Shown here in pieces: positions 22,736 to 37,593 of a DNA stretch of 39,806 nt. Under the pieces are notes generated by a model that was not told the DNA's origin, searched no databases, and was given only the letters and a program-made list of their open reading frames with translations. Source of the DNA: an uncultured delta proteobacterium. GTDB lineage: Bacteria > Myxococcota > Myxococcia > Myxococcales > Anaeromyxobacteraceae. Positions within the stretch are counted from its first letter, which is position 1, and each line of letters opens with the position of its first letter. The position numbers were made by a program, and so were the translations under genes. Location of the stretch: NCBI GenBank assembly GCA_963845515.1, contig CAWJSR010000013.1, positions 1 to 39,806 of the forward strand. Direction: 5' to 3'.

Positions 22736-23152
22736 ATGGCCATGCTCAAGCGCGAAGACTACGTCGCCCCCACGGGTGCGGCGGCCGTTACCAGCGACCT
22801 CAACGCCCTGCTAGGGCGCGGCTCCGAGTTCGAGGGGAAGCTGACCTTCGACGGCACCGTCCGCATCGACGGCAAGTTCAACGGCTCCATCGTGACCAAG
22901 GACGTCCTGGTCATCGGCGAGGGGGCAGTGGTCACCGCCGAGATCGAGTGCGGGACCATCATCGTCCACGGCCAGATCATCGGGAACGTGAAGGCGCGCG
23001 TCGGGGTGGAGCTGCACAGCCCCGCCCGGGTGAAGGGCAACATCGAGGCCCCGTCCCTCATGATGGACAAGGGCGTCACCTTCGACGGCCAGACCAAGAT
23101 GGAAGGCGTCGAGCGTGCAGCCGGCGCCAACGTGACGTCGATCAAGCTCTAG
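22736..23152 (+). CDS. Bactofilin (polymer-forming cytoskeletal protein, BacM-like)
   Basis: LLGRGSEFEGKLTFDGTVRIDGKFNGSI beta-helix repeats. Directly after parB, like bacM in Myxococcus. Confidence 0.9.
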   Translation: MAMLKREDYVAPTGAAAVTSDLNALLGRGSEFEGKLTFDGTVRIDGKFNGSIVTKDVLVIGEGAVVTAEIECGTIIVHGQIIGNVKARVGVELHSPARVKGNIEAPSLMMDKGVTFDGQTKMEGVERAAGANVTSIKL

Positions 23153-23249
23153 CGATTTACCACTGCGGCAAGCAGGCCGAAGGTCCGGGATTCCCGTCGG
23201 AATCTCCGCTTGACCTGGTAGTTGCCGCATGCTACGAGGCGCGTCCCTT

Positions 23250-23789
23250 ATGATCTCCGGTTCCATTGGTCGCCGCTACGCCAAGGCCCTCTTCGGCCTC
23301 GCCGTCGACCTGAATCGCGTCGAGCCCTGGAGCGACAGCCTCCGCGCGCTCAAGGCCGCCGTCGAAGGCTCGCCCGAGCTGCGGGACGTCCTGCAGAATC
23401 CCGTCTACTCCAAGGATCAGCGGAGGGCGGTCGCGGCGAAGCTCGCCGAGACGCTCAAGCTCGACGCGGAGCCCGCCGCGCTCCTCTTCCTGCTCGCCGA
23501 CCGGAACCGGCTCGACCACGTCGCCGCCGTCGCCGTCCACTTCGGCGAGCTCGCCGACGCGAAGCTCGGCCGGATCCGCGCGCGCGTCACCACCGCCACC
23601 GCCATCGACGCCGCCGCCCTCGCCGCGATCGCCGACCGGCTCGGCGCCGCCACGAAGGCCACCGTGCTCGTCGAGCACGCGGTGGAGCCGGCCATCGTCG
23701 GGGGCGTCGTCGCGCAGATCGGCAGCGTCGTGTACGACGGCTCGCTGCGCACCCAGCTCGAGCACCTCAAGACCTCTCTGAAGCAGTAG
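23250..23789 (+). CDS. atpH: ATP synthase F1 delta subunit
   Basis: [34 protein letters not shown]. Confidence 0.95.
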   Translation: MISGSIGRRYAKALFGLAVDLNRVEPWSDSLRALKAAVEGSPELRDVLQNPVYSKDQRRAVAAKLAETLKLDAEPAALLFLLADRNRLDHVAAVAVHFGELADAKLGRIRARVTTATAIDAAALAAIADRLGAATKATVLVEHAVEPAIVGGVVAQIGSVVYDGSLRTQLEHLKTSLKQ

Positions 23790-23827
23790 CCACTTTCTCT
23801 CCCGCAACGCACCCGGAGAACGAAGAG

Positions 23828-25360
23828 ATGGAAATCCGCGCCGACGAGATCAGCCGCATCATCCGCGAGCAGATCAAGGACTACGGTAAGAAGGTCGACG
23901 TCGCCGAGACGGGCACCGTCCTCTCGCAGGCGGACGGCGTGGCCCGCATCTACGGCCTCGCTGGCGCCGCGGCGGGCGAGCTGCTCGAGTTCGCCGGCGG
24001 CATCCGCGGCCTCGTGCTGAACCTCGAGGAGGACAACGTCGGCGCCGCCATCATGGGCGACTTCGAGCACATCCGCGAAGGCGACGTCGTCAAGCGGACC
24101 GGCAAGATCGCCGAGGTCCCGGTGGGCGAGGAGCTCCTCGGCCGCGTCGTGGACGGCCTCGGCAACCCGATCGACGGTCGCGGGCCCCTCAACGCCAAGC
24201 AGACCCGCAAGATCGAGATCAAGGCCCCCGGCATCGTGCAGCGCAAGTCGGTGCACGAGCCGATGCAGACCGGCCTGAAGGCGATCGACGCCCTGGTCCC
24301 GATCGGCCGCGGTCAGCGCGAGCTGATCCTCGGCGACCGCCAGACGGGCAAGACCGCCGTCGCCATCGACGCCATCATCAACAACAAGGGGCAGGGGCTC
24401 CACTGCTTCTACGTGGCGATCGGCCAGAAGCAGTCGACCGTCGCCCGCGTCGTCGACACGCTCAAGAAGCACGGCGCGATGGAGTACACGACGGTCATCG
24501 CGGCCAACGCCTCCGACCCGGCCCCGATGCAGTACCTCGCGCCGTACACCGGCGTGACGATGGCCGAGTACTTCCGCGACAGCGGCCGCCACGCGCTCAT
24601 CATCTACGACGACCTCTCCAAGCAGGCCGTCGCCTACCGGCAGCTCTCGCTCCTCCTCCGGCGTCCGCCGGGGCGCGAGGCCTACCCGGGCGACGTCTTC
24701 TATCTCCACAGCCGCCTCCTGGAGCGGGCCGCCAAGCTCTCCGACAAGGAGGGTGGCGGGTCGCTCACCGCGCTCCCCATCATCGAGACGCAGGCCGGCG
24801 ACGTGTCGGCATACATCCCGACCAACGTCATCTCGATCACCGACGGCCAGATCTTCCTGGAGTCCAACCTCTTCTTCCAGGGGCAGCGCCCGGCCATCAA
24901 CGTCGGCATCTCGGTCTCCCGCGTCGGCGGCTCGGCCCAGATCAAGGCGATGAAGCAGGTCGCCGGCTCGCTGAAGCTGGAGCTCGCCCAGTACCGTGAG
25001 CTCGCGGCCTTCGCCCAGTTCGGCTCGGACCTCGACAAGGCGACGCAGGAGACGCTGGCCCGCGGCGCCCGGCTCGTCGAGGTGCTCAAGCAGGGGCAGT
25101 ACTCCCCGCTGACGGTCCAGGACCAGGTCATCCAGATCTACGCCGCGACGATGAAGGACGAGGCCGGCCAGGGCTGGATCCGGTCGATCCCGATCGAGGA
25201 CGTCACCCGGTACATGAGGGAGCTCATCGCGTTCCTCGACGGGCGCCACCCGGAGATCGGCAAGACGATCGCCGAGAAGAAGGCGCTGGACGACGGCCTC
25301 AAGACGCAGCTCGACGCGGCGCTCAAGGAGTTCCGCGGCATCTTCCAGGCGAAGGCCTAG
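23828..25360 (+). CDS. atpA: ATP synthase F1 alpha subunit
   Basis: MEIRADEIS start, [32 protein letters not shown]. Confidence 0.98.
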   Translation: MEIRADEISRIIREQIKDYGKKVDVAETGTVLSQADGVARIYGLAGAAAGELLEFAGGIRGLVLNLEEDNVGAAIMGDFEHIREGDVVKRTGKIAEVPVGEELLGRVVDGLGNPIDGRGPLNAKQTRKIEIKAPGIVQRKSVHEPMQTGLKAIDALVPIGRGQRELILGDRQTGKTAVAIDAIINNKGQGLHCFYVAIGQKQSTVARVVDTLKKHGAMEYTTVIAANASDPAPMQYLAPYTGVTMAEYFRDSGRHALIIYDDLSKQAVAYRQLSLLLRRPPGREAYPGDVFYLHSRLLERAAKLSDKEGGGSLTALPIIETQAGDVSAYIPTNVISITDGQIFLESNLFFQGQRPAINVGISVSRVGGSAQIKAMKQVAGSLKLELAQYRELAAFAQFGSDLDKATQETLARGARLVEVLKQGQYSPLTVQDQVIQIYAATMKDEAGQGWIRSIPIEDVTRYMRELIAFLDGRHPEIGKTIAEKKALDDGLKTQLDAALKEFRGIFQAKA

Positions 25361-25384
25361 GCGAGAGACGAGGAAGAGGATCCC

Positions 25385-27731
<2,347 letters not shown>

Positions 27732-27734
27732 CCG

Positions 27735-28133
27735 ATGGCACTCACCCTCGACATCGTCACGCCCGAGCGACGCGTCCTCTCGGTCACCTGCGACGAGGTG
27801 CGCGCTCCGGGCGTCCTCGGCGGCTTCGGGATCCGGCGCGATCACGAGCCGTTCATGACGGCCCTCGAACCCGGCAGGCTGACCTACGTCGAAGGTGGTC
27901 GCGAGCACCACTTCGCGGTGGGCGGCGGGTTCCTGCAGGTCGCCGAGAACCGCGTCATCGTCCTCGCCGACACCGCGGAGTCCGCGACCGACATCGACGT
28001 GGAGCGCGCCAAGCGCGCCTTCGCGGAGGCGCAGGACCGGCTCCTGAAGCTCACCGAGCAGGACCAGAACCACGGGATCGAGTCTGCGCGCGTACGCCGC
28101 GCCGCGGCTCGGATCCACGTCGCAGAGCAGTAG
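27735..28133 (+). CDS. atpC: ATP synthase F1 epsilon subunit
   Basis: IVTPER, GGFLQV, VLADTAE, IDVERA. Confidence 0.96.
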   Translation: MALTLDIVTPERRVLSVTCDEVRAPGVLGGFGIRRDHEPFMTALEPGRLTYVEGGREHHFAVGGGFLQVAENRVIVLADTAESATDIDVERAKRAFAEAQDRLLKLTEQDQNHGIESARVRRAAARIHVAEQ

Positions 28134-28152
28134 GCGACCCCGAGCAGCCTTC

Positions 28153-28184
28153 GAGCGCCGGCGAGCCCAGGCTCGCCGGCGCTC
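28153..28184. terminator. Hairpin between convergent atpC and kinase genes
   Basis: Perfect 14-bp stem GAGCGCCGGCGAGC/GCTCGCCGGCGCTC. Confidence 0.65.
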
Positions 28185-28185
28185 T

Positions 28186-29391
28186 CTATTCAGCGAGCGG
28201 CAGCGTCACGCGGAAGCAGGCGCCGTGCTCGAGCTTCCCGTCCACGTCGATGTGGCCGCCGAGCCCGAGGACGATGCCGGCCGCCACCGAGAGCCCCAGC
28301 CCGCGCGCCTCGTGGGCGGGATGGAGGTGCACGAAGGGCTCGAAGACGCGAGGCAACAGCGCGACCGGGATCCTCGGCCCGTCGTCGCTGATCGCGATCT
28401 CGACGCCCTGCGGCGCGGCTCGGACCTCCACCCGCACGCGTCCGTCGGCGCCTGCCGAGAGGACCGCGCGATCGAGGATGGAGAGGAGCGCCAGCGTCAC
28501 GAGGTGAGGAGGCCCCTGGATGGCCGGCGCGCCGTCCATCACGAGCTCGACGGGCGGCGGCGCGCTCGCGCGGTCTCGCGCGAGGGCGATCGCCGACCGG
28601 ACGGCGTCCGCCGCCGGCACGCGGCCGCCGCGGCCGATCTCACCGGCGCCGAAGAGCCGCAGGTCCCGGCCGATCCCCTGGAGGCGCCTTCCACCCTCGG
28701 TGACCTCGGCGGCGAATCCCCGAAGCTCGCCCATGAGCGCGGAGAGCTGCGCGGCGTCGAGCGGCTGCCGAGCCTTCGCCGCATCGTCGATGGCCGCGAC
28801 GAGGGCAGACGCGGAGGACGTGACGAGGGACAGCGGGTTGTTGATGTCGTGCGCGAGCGACGCCGCCAGGGCGCCCACTGCGGCGAGCCGCTCGTACCGC
28901 GCGAGCTCCGCCTGTGTCTCACGCAGCGTGAGGTTCAGCTCCTCGAGCGCGCGCGTGCGCAGCGAGAGCGAGAGCATCGCCCGGCGAAGCCGAAGGAGCG
29001 AGGCGACGCGGGCGAGCAGCTCCCGCTCGCGGATCGGCTTCACCAGGTAGTCGTCCGCGCCCGCCTCGAGCCCGACCGCCCGCGACTCGGTGTCGCTGAC
29101 GGCGGTGAGGAGGACCATCGGCACCTCCTCGAAGGCGGGGATCGCCCGGAGGTGACGCACCAGCTCGCGACCGTCCATCCCGGGCATGATCAGGTCGGTG
29201 ATCACGAGGTCCGGCGAGAACTCCGGGGCCTTCTCGAGCGCCTCCTCCGCAGTCGCCGTCAGCTTGAGCAAGTACTTGCGGCCGAGCAGCATCGCGAGCA
29301 GCGACCGGACGGTCGGCGCGTCGTCGCAGACGAGGATCCTCGCCTGGCCGGCCGGAGCGATCGCGGGGTCGTGGTGCTGGCTCATGTTCAT
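28186..29391 (-). CDS. Hybrid receiver-domain/histidine-kinase-like protein
   Basis: REC motifs ILVCDD, DLVITDLIMPGMDG and DDYLVKP. H-box LAHDINNPL. HATPase remnants SDDGP, FEPF and GLGL. Start uncertain (29391 or 29385). Confidence 0.88.
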   Translation of the reverse strand: MNMSQHHDPAIAPAGQARILVCDDAPTVRSLLAMLLGRKYLLKLTATAEEALEKAPEFSPDLVITDLIMPGMDGRELVRHLRAIPAFEEVPMVLLTAVSDTESRAVGLEAGADDYLVKPIRERELLARVASLLRLRRAMLSLSLRTRALEELNLTLRETQAELARYERLAAVGALAASLAHDINNPLSLVTSSASALVAAIDDAAKARQPLDAAQLSALMGELRGFAAEVTEGGRRLQGIGRDLRLFGAGEIGRGGRVPAADAVRSAIALARDRASAPPPVELVMDGAPAIQGPPHLVTLALLSILDRAVLSAGADGRVRVEVRAAPQGVEIAISDDGPRIPVALLPRVFEPFVHLHPAHEARGLGLSVAAGIVLGLGGHIDVDGKLEHGACFRVTLPLAE

Positions 29392-29670
29392 GGCTGGTGA
29401 CGCCCTCGGTTCGGGCCTCCTCGCCGCACCCAGGAGTTGCTGCAAGGCGGGCTCCAGCGGGCCTGGGAGCGCGGCCGCCGCATAACCCCCTGGAATGACG
29501 AGGGATGCGGGACCTCCACGAGGAGTGTCGGCCCGTGAAGTCGCACTCCGCACGGCTGGGTATCCGCACACTCATGGGCCAGCGGCCCGAGGCGCGGTGA
29601 GACGGGGGGCCAATCGGGGCAAACACCTTGAAACCTTTAGGCAAATCCGGTAGAAACGACCCTCCACGCA

Positions 29671-30992
<1,322 letters not shown>

Positions 30993-31686
30993 ACCTCGTC
31001 CAGCTCCTGACTCTTGCTGCGGATGTAGGGCAGGCTGGTGTCCGGATGGTGAAAGGCATAGTCGACGCTGTCCCGGATGGCCCGGTCGATCGCCTGGATT
31101 TTCTTTTCTCCCAGACTCCGGCGGGCAACAATACAACCCAAGGGAATAGGCAGGCCAAGGCTTTTCTCCCACCACTCGCCGAGATCCTGCAGACAGACCA
31201 GGCCTCGCTCATGGTAGGTGAAGCGGGATTCGTGGATGATGACCCCGGCATCCACCTCGCCCGTGCAGATGGCATCCATGATCCGGTCGAAACGCATCTC
31301 CACCAGCTCGCAGCGCTCGGGCAGAAACATCTGCAAAAGGAGCGCCGCAGTGGTCAGTTTGCCGGGGATGGCGATCCGTTTGCCGGCAGAGTTTCAAGGC
31401 CTCCCCACCTGGCCCGGCAACCAGCAATGGGCCGCAGCCTCGGCCCGAGGGCACTGCCGGCGGAAAGGACACAGTACTCGTCGAGAACATGCCCCAGGGC
31501 ATGACAGGAAAGCTTCGTGACATCGAGGTTCCCGGCCAGTGCCCACAAATTGAGTTTTTCCACGTCCTCCAGCAGGGGCTCCCGGAAGACCAGGTCGCCG
31601 GTGTCTATCTTGCCGTGCACCAGGGCGTAAAAGATGAAGGTGTCGTTGGGACAGGGCGAAAAGCCCAGGGATAATTCGCTTTTCAT
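30993..31686 (-). CDS. mqnD: 1,4-dihydroxy-6-naphthoate synthase (frameshifted, 3'-truncated)
   Basis: [16 protein letters not shown], then RGCGPLLVA, then [12 protein letters not shown]...DLGEWWE...PIPLGCI spread over three frames. Ends at SQELDE at the junction. Confidence 0.88.
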
Positions 31687-32344
31687 ATGGACAATCCTTT
31701 GATGATGAGGGCGGCGGCGCGACCGGCTTCACGGCAGGCCTCATGCAGCCGCCAGTTGGCCGGCTGCCGGTCTTCGACATAGTTGGAAATGGCCCGCAGT
31801 TCAAGGCACGGCAGGGAAAATTCCCGGCAGACCCGGGCGACCGCCGCGCCCTCCATATTTTCGCACAGCCCCTGCCACCGCGCCCGCAGCATCTCCCCGC
31901 GGCGCAAGGTGCCGGAAACGGCGTTGACCGTAATGAAGACTCCGGAATGGCAGGCAAGACCATGACCTTCAAGCAGCCGGCGGCCCGCCTCGCGCAAGCC
32001 GGTCATCAAGAGGAGAGACGAGCTCTCCGGTAAGCGCCCGATCAAGGGGAACCATCTCCTGGGCAGAGAGATGCCGAAATCGCCGAACACTTCCTGTTCG
32101 GCCAGACAGATGTCCAGCAAAGCAGGTTGCAGAGTGCCGATCGGCTGCAGATAAGCGCCGCCGATCCCGAAGTTGAGCACCGCCCGGACCGGCTGGTCCA
32201 ACCTGCCGAGAAACCTGGTCAGGCGCACAGCCGTTTCCACCGGGCCGACTCCGCTCACCAGGGTCAGACAGGAGGAGACGTCCTGGCGAGTTCTGCCTGA
32301 AACGGCTGCATTTCTATTTCGGTTGCGGCTACGGCCAGGATCAT
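31683..32344 (-). CDS. mqnB: Futalosine hydrolase (frameshifted)
   Basis: MILAVAATEIEM from ATG 32344, then GVGPVETA, NFGIGGAY, ENMEGAAVA, ELRAISNYVEDR. Overlaps the mqnD start by 4 bp. Confidence 0.85.
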
Positions 32345-32505
32345 GGTATCTACATCATCTTTACTAGTTATCGTCATTTTCAGGAATTTTCCTCTGCCGC
32401 CTGCGCCAGTTGCCGCAGCCGGCAAAATACCTTAACGTATCCGGTTGTTTTCTGCATCGCTTACCGTAAGCAGCATTTTCATCTTTCACCCCGACAAGAA
32501 GTATC

Positions 32506-33599
32506 ATGCACCACGACCATCTCCTCAGCGCCTATTCCTACCATCTTCCCGCCGAACTCATCGCCCAGCACCCGGCGGACAAGCGGGACAACTCCCGGTT
32601 GATGGTGGTGAACATGGTCGACAGTAGCCCAGCCAACTCAGCCATCGTCGCTTCGGCGATATCGCCTCCTTCATCGGCAAAGAGGATATGCTGGTGGTGA
32701 ACAATACCAGGGTCTTTCCGGCAAGACTCCTCGGCAAGAAAGAGAGCGGCGGCAAGGCCGAAGTTTTTTTGCTGGAATTCCCACTCATCGACCGGCCAGA
32801 AGCGGGAACGGCCGTCGCAACCGCCCTGATCAAGGCCTCGAAACGGCCGAAACCGGGTACGAAAATTCATATCACCGACACGTTCCATCTGACGGTCATC
32901 GAAGACCAGGCGGCGGCAAGGTCAAACTGCAACTGCACTTTGACCGGGCGACGGGCCTCGCCGAGACCCTCAGGCTTTCAGGCCAGGTGCCCCTGCCGCC
33001 GTATATCGAACGACGGAACGGCTGCACCGCCGAGGATGTGCGGCGCTATCAGACGGTTTACGCCAACACTCCGGGGGCGGTGGCCGCCCCGACGGCGGGC
33101 CTGCACTTTACCGATGAATTGCTGCAGACCATTACCGAACGAGGCACCCGGCTCGGCCAGGTCACCCTCCACGTCGGCTATGGCACCTTTGCCCCGGTGC
33201 GGGAGGAGGATATCACCCGCCACCGGATCCATCATGAGTATCTCAGCATCTCCGCAGGAGACGGTCGATGCGATCGTGAAGACAAAAAAGAGAGGGGGGA
33301 AAATCTGGGCAGTCGGCACCACCACTGTGCGGGCCCTGGAATACGCGGCAAAAGAGGCAGGAGGTCTACGGGCGATGGACGGATGGTGCGATCTCTATAT
33401 CTATCCCGGATTTCGCTTTCAGGTCGTCGATAATCTCATTACCAACTTCCACCTGCCGGATTCGTCGCTGATGTTTCTGGTATCGGCCCTGTGCGGCCGG
33501 AAGAACCTCCTTGACTGCTATGACACGGCAATCAGGGAGGGGTATCGTTTTTTTTCTTACGGGGATGCGATGGCCGTCATAACCGGCCGGTCCGCATGA
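32506..33599 (+). CDS. queA: S-adenosylmethionine:tRNA ribosyltransferase-isomerase (3 or more frameshifts)
   Basis: [66 protein letters not shown] and [10 protein letters not shown] spread over three frames. Confidence 0.92.
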
Positions 33600-33623
33600 G
33601 CGGGAAGGAAAGAGGGCTGGCGA

Positions 33624-33917
33624 TCAGGCTGTCGCGGCCGCCGGACAACCGGCACAACTCCCGCCCGACTGACAGGGAGAGGCCGCCGGAGAGGCTGCGG
33701 AGGCTGCCGGAGGGACCGCCGGTTTCGCGCCGCCGGAGCTGCTCGAATAGCCGTCTGCATACCAGCCGCCGCCTTTCAACTGAAAGGAGGACATCGACAT
33801 CAGTTTTTTTACCGGAGCCTGGCATTCAGGACAATTGGTCAACGGTTTATCAGCCATTTTCTGCTGTACTTCAAAAACCCTGTCACACTCTTTACACTCG
33901 TACTCATACACTGGCAT
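33624..33917 (-). CDS. FmdB-family zinc-ribbon protein
   Basis: MPVYEYECKEC...CPEC...FQLKGGGWYADGY. SD GAGGTG. Confidence 0.9.
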   Translation of the reverse strand: MPVYEYECKECDRVFEVQQKMADKPLTNCPECQAPVKKLMSMSSFQLKGGGWYADGYSSSSGGAKPAVPPAASAASPAASPCQSGGSCAGCPAAATA

Positions 33918-34269
33918 TGCTCGTCACCTCTTGCATCGCATTCTAAATGTTATAACTGTTGCTGTTGAGCTTGAAATGATCTTTCGCCGTCCCTACCAAT
34001 AATTGATCTTGCAGAGGAACAGCTATCTCGTTCAATAGTAAGACAAATTTGTAAATACTGATTACTCAGGACTTTCACCTAAGAAGCAACAGCAGAATAA
34101 TTCTCGCGCTCCCATCTGTCAATATCGGCAATAGGTCAAGATAAAAATTGTCATGACCTAAGCCTGAAGTTGCCGGCTTGTTGAAGGAAGAGTTTTCTGG
34201 TAGAGTATCGCGACATTTATCCACTTACCTCCCCCAGGAAGGTTTACACACTCTCACTCTTATTCACCC

Positions 34270-35055
34270 ATGATCGGTATTTTTGATTCAGGCGTTGGCG
34301 GCATGACCGTGGCCAGGGCTGTGGAACTGTTGCTGCCGCGCTTTCCCCTGCTCTACCTGGGCGATATCGCCAGATCCCCTTACGGCACCAAAAGCGACCG
34401 GACTATCGTCGAGTATTCGCTTGAAAACACGAAATTTTTGATCGAAAGAGGGGCGCAGGTCATCGTCATCGCCTGCAATTCGGCTTCGAGCGTCGCCACC
34501 GACCGCCTTCGGCAGGAATTCAGCATTCCCATCATCGAGGTCATTACCCCTGCGGTCGATCAGGCCCTGCGGCAGACCCGGAGCGGCAGGATAGGCGTCA
34601 TCGGCACCAAAGCCACCATCCGCAGCAACATTTACGAGCGAAAGATCCTGGCGGAAAAACCCGAGTACCGGGTCGTTTCGACCCCTTGTCCGTTGCTCGT
34701 GCCGCTGGTCGAGGAGGGCTGGACCAACAAGAGGGAAACCAAGATGATCCTCCGGCGGTACCTCAATGGCCTGAAGGAATCCCAGATCGATACCCTGGTG
34801 TTGGGCTGCACCCATTACCCTCTGCTGAAACACCTGATCCAGCCCCGGATCGGCAAGAGGGTCACCTTGATCGATTCGTCGCTGGCCGCCGCCGAATATC
34901 TCCGGCAATACCTGCAGGACCATCCGGATTTAACGCCGTCCGCCCAGCATGAACCGAGCGGCAACAGATACTTTGTCACCGACCTCACCGAATCCACCCG
35001 ATTTATGGCCGAAAAGATCTTTGCCCGGCCGATCGATCTTCAACCTGTCGAGTAA
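34270..35055 (+). CDS. murI: Glutamate racemase
   Basis: IGIFDSGVGGMTV, PYGTK, ACNSAS, LGCTHYP. Confidence 0.97.
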   Translation: MIGIFDSGVGGMTVARAVELLLPRFPLLYLGDIARSPYGTKSDRTIVEYSLENTKFLIERGAQVIVIACNSASSVATDRLRQEFSIPIIEVITPAVDQALRQTRSGRIGVIGTKATIRSNIYERKILAEKPEYRVVSTPCPLLVPLVEEGWTNKRETKMILRRYLNGLKESQIDTLVLGCTHYPLLKHLIQPRIGKRVTLIDSSLAAAEYLRQYLQDHPDLTPSAQHEPSGNRYFVTDLTESTRFMAEKIFARPIDLQPVE

Positions 35056-35058
35056 CCG

Positions 35059-35759
35059 ATGCAAATTTTGCGTAAATTGCTTCTTTTATTTGTTGGTTGT
35101 TGTCGATTTTTACCGCAACCGTCCACGCCGCCGAAACCCCGGTGGAATATCCGGAGGACATCGCCGCCCGGCTGCAAAGCCGCTACGACGCCATGCAAAG
35201 CCTCACCTTCAACTTTCACCAGGATATTCGCGGCGAAATGAGCGGTCGGCCCCGCCAGGGCTCAGGCCAGGCGGTCTTTTACAAGCATGACGGCAAGGCC
35301 CGGATGCGCTGGGACTACACCAGTCCGGACCGCCAGGTTCTGATCAGCGACGGCGTGCTGTTTTCCATGTATGTGGCCAACCAGCAGCAGCTGATCATCA
35401 CCCCGGCGGAAAATCTCGATACCGATCTGACCTACTCCTTTTTCACCGGCAAAGGTCTCTTGCAGCGGGATTTTTATATTCGTCCCGCCAATGAGGACGA
35501 GCAGCCGGAAAACGAAGCGGAATTCAAGGTGATCAAACTCATCCCCAAGACCCCACAATCCCAGGTCCAGGATATCCATGTCTGGGTCACGCCCGAGTCG
35601 CTGATTCGCCGGATCAAGATCCAGGATCATTTCGGCACCATCACCGTTCTCAACCTGAGCGACATCGAGACGAACACCCTGACCGGCAAGAGCCCCGCCG
35701 AAATCGACAAACTCTTTACCTTTACGCCGCCGGAAGGTACGGAAATCATCCGGCAATAA
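35059..35759 (+). CDS. lolA: Outer-membrane lipoprotein carrier LolA family (apparent frameshift in the signal peptide near 35095)
   Basis: FHQ, GSGQAVF, MRWDYTSPDRQVLISDG, FTFTPPEGTEII. The signal peptide begins MQILRKLLLLF in an adjacent frame. Confidence 0.82.
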
Positions 35760-35760
35760 C

Positions 35761-37563
35761 ATGACTGCACCGACCTCCGGATTCAGGATCGGTCTTGCCG
35801 CCATGCCCTGGTCGATTTTCAACCGGCCATCCCTGCAGCTGGGGGCCTTGAAAAGCTATGTGGAGAAAAGGCTCGATGCCCGGGTGGATGCTTTCACCCC
35901 TCGCTCCCCGTTGCCGAGGCCATCGATGTTGACCGGTACACCCGTATCGCCCACTCCGGCTGGGCCGGCGAGGCTCTCTTTGCGCCGCTGCTTTTCCCCG
36001 AGATGAGAAACCCGGCCAAAAAGCTCTTTTAGGCAAGTCTTGGCGGGAAAGAACCGGCCATTGCCCGATTTTGACGAACTGGTCGAGCGGATCGACGAAA
36101 GCTGCGCGACTGGTCTCCAACCTTACGATGGACGACTACCGGCTGTTCGGCCTTTCCGTCTGTTTCTTCCAACTGCTGCCCTCGCTTTATCTGGCGAGAC
36201 TGCTCAAGAATACCAGGCCGGAGTTGCCGATCGTATTCGGCGGCTCGTCCTGTACCGGAGCGGTTGGCGCCTCGCTCATCGAACATTTCCCGGAAATCGA
36301 TTATCTTATTGACGGCGAGGGCGAGGAAGCGCTCTGCCGGCTCTGCCGTTTCCTTGCCGGCGACGCGACCTCACTGCCGGCGGACATCCTCTCGCGGAAT
36401 GCCGTGGCCACAGAACCAGCCCCGGCGTCAGGCCTCAAGCCGGACGATCTGCCGTACCCCGATTACTCTTCCTATTTCAAGGAGATGCGCCAGTTCTTCC
36501 CGGAGCAGCCGTTCATCCCGATATTGCCGGTCGAATTCTCCCGCGGCTGTTGGTGGAACAGCTGCACCTTCTGCAATCTCAATCTGCAGTGGCGGGACTA
36601 CCGGTGGAAAAACAGGAGAAAAGATGGCGACAGAGATCCTGCATCTCGCGCGGACCCATGAATGCTCTGCATTTCACCTTCGCCGACAATGCCCTTCCCT
36701 TTCGGGAGGCTGATCACTTTTTCAGCACAATTGCAGCAACCGGCCTCGATCTGCAGTTTTTCGCCGAGAGCAGAGCGATTGCCGAGCCGGAAAGGCTGCA
36801 GCTCTATCGGCGGGGCGGCCTCCGAACGATCCAGGTCGGAATCGAAGCCCTGTCGACGTCCCTGCTGCAGAAAATGGCCAAAGGCACGACAGTTATCGAG
36901 ATAATGGCGACAATGAAAACCTGCAGCGAAGTCGGGATCTGCCTCGAAGGCAATATCATCACCGAATTTCCCACCACGACCGAAGCGGAGATTGCCGAGA
37001 CGCTTAGTCATCTCGACTACCTGTTTCCTTTTCCCCCGCTGCAGATCGCCCGTTTCTTCCTGGGTTACGGCTCCCCCATCCATGCCAGGGCAAAAGAATT
37101 CTCGATCCGGGCCATATTGCCCCACGCCAAAAATCGCAGGCTTTTCCCCCGCGACCTGCTGCGATCGATGACCCTGCTGACCTGCGGCTACCGGGGCGAT
37201 CGCCGAAGGCAGCAACGACTCTGGCGGCCGGTTCACGAAAAAATGAAAGCGTGGCGGCAATACCACCGGCAAAGGGACAAAAACCAGCCACACCCCCTCT
37301 CGTATGAGGACGGGCACACCTTTCTGATCATCCGGCAGGAACGGCAGGTCGGCGCGCCGTTTTTGCACAGGTTACGCGGTCTTTCCCGGGAGGTCTACCT
37401 CTGTTGCCGGAAACCGCGGAAAAGAGCGGACATTTTCCGCGAGTTTCCTGCCGTCTCCGCAAGGAGCTTGGAAAACTTTCTCGCCGAGATGAGCACCAAG
37501 CGGCTCATGTTTATCGAGGGCGATCTGGCCCTGTCGCTTGCGGTCAGGGCTGATCGGGGGTAG
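35761..37563 (+). CDS. B12-binding radical SAM protein, 'RiPP maturation radical SAM C-methyltransferase'-like (several frameshifts)
   Basis: AMPWSIFNRPSLQLGALKSY, PIVFGGSSC, DGEGEE, LPYPDY, EFSRGCWWNSCTFC, FADN, IQVGIEALS and FFLGYGSP across at least 4 frame segments. Confidence 0.82.
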
Positions 37564-37593
37564 TGATGCCCCGAAAAGACAAAGACTTGCCTA

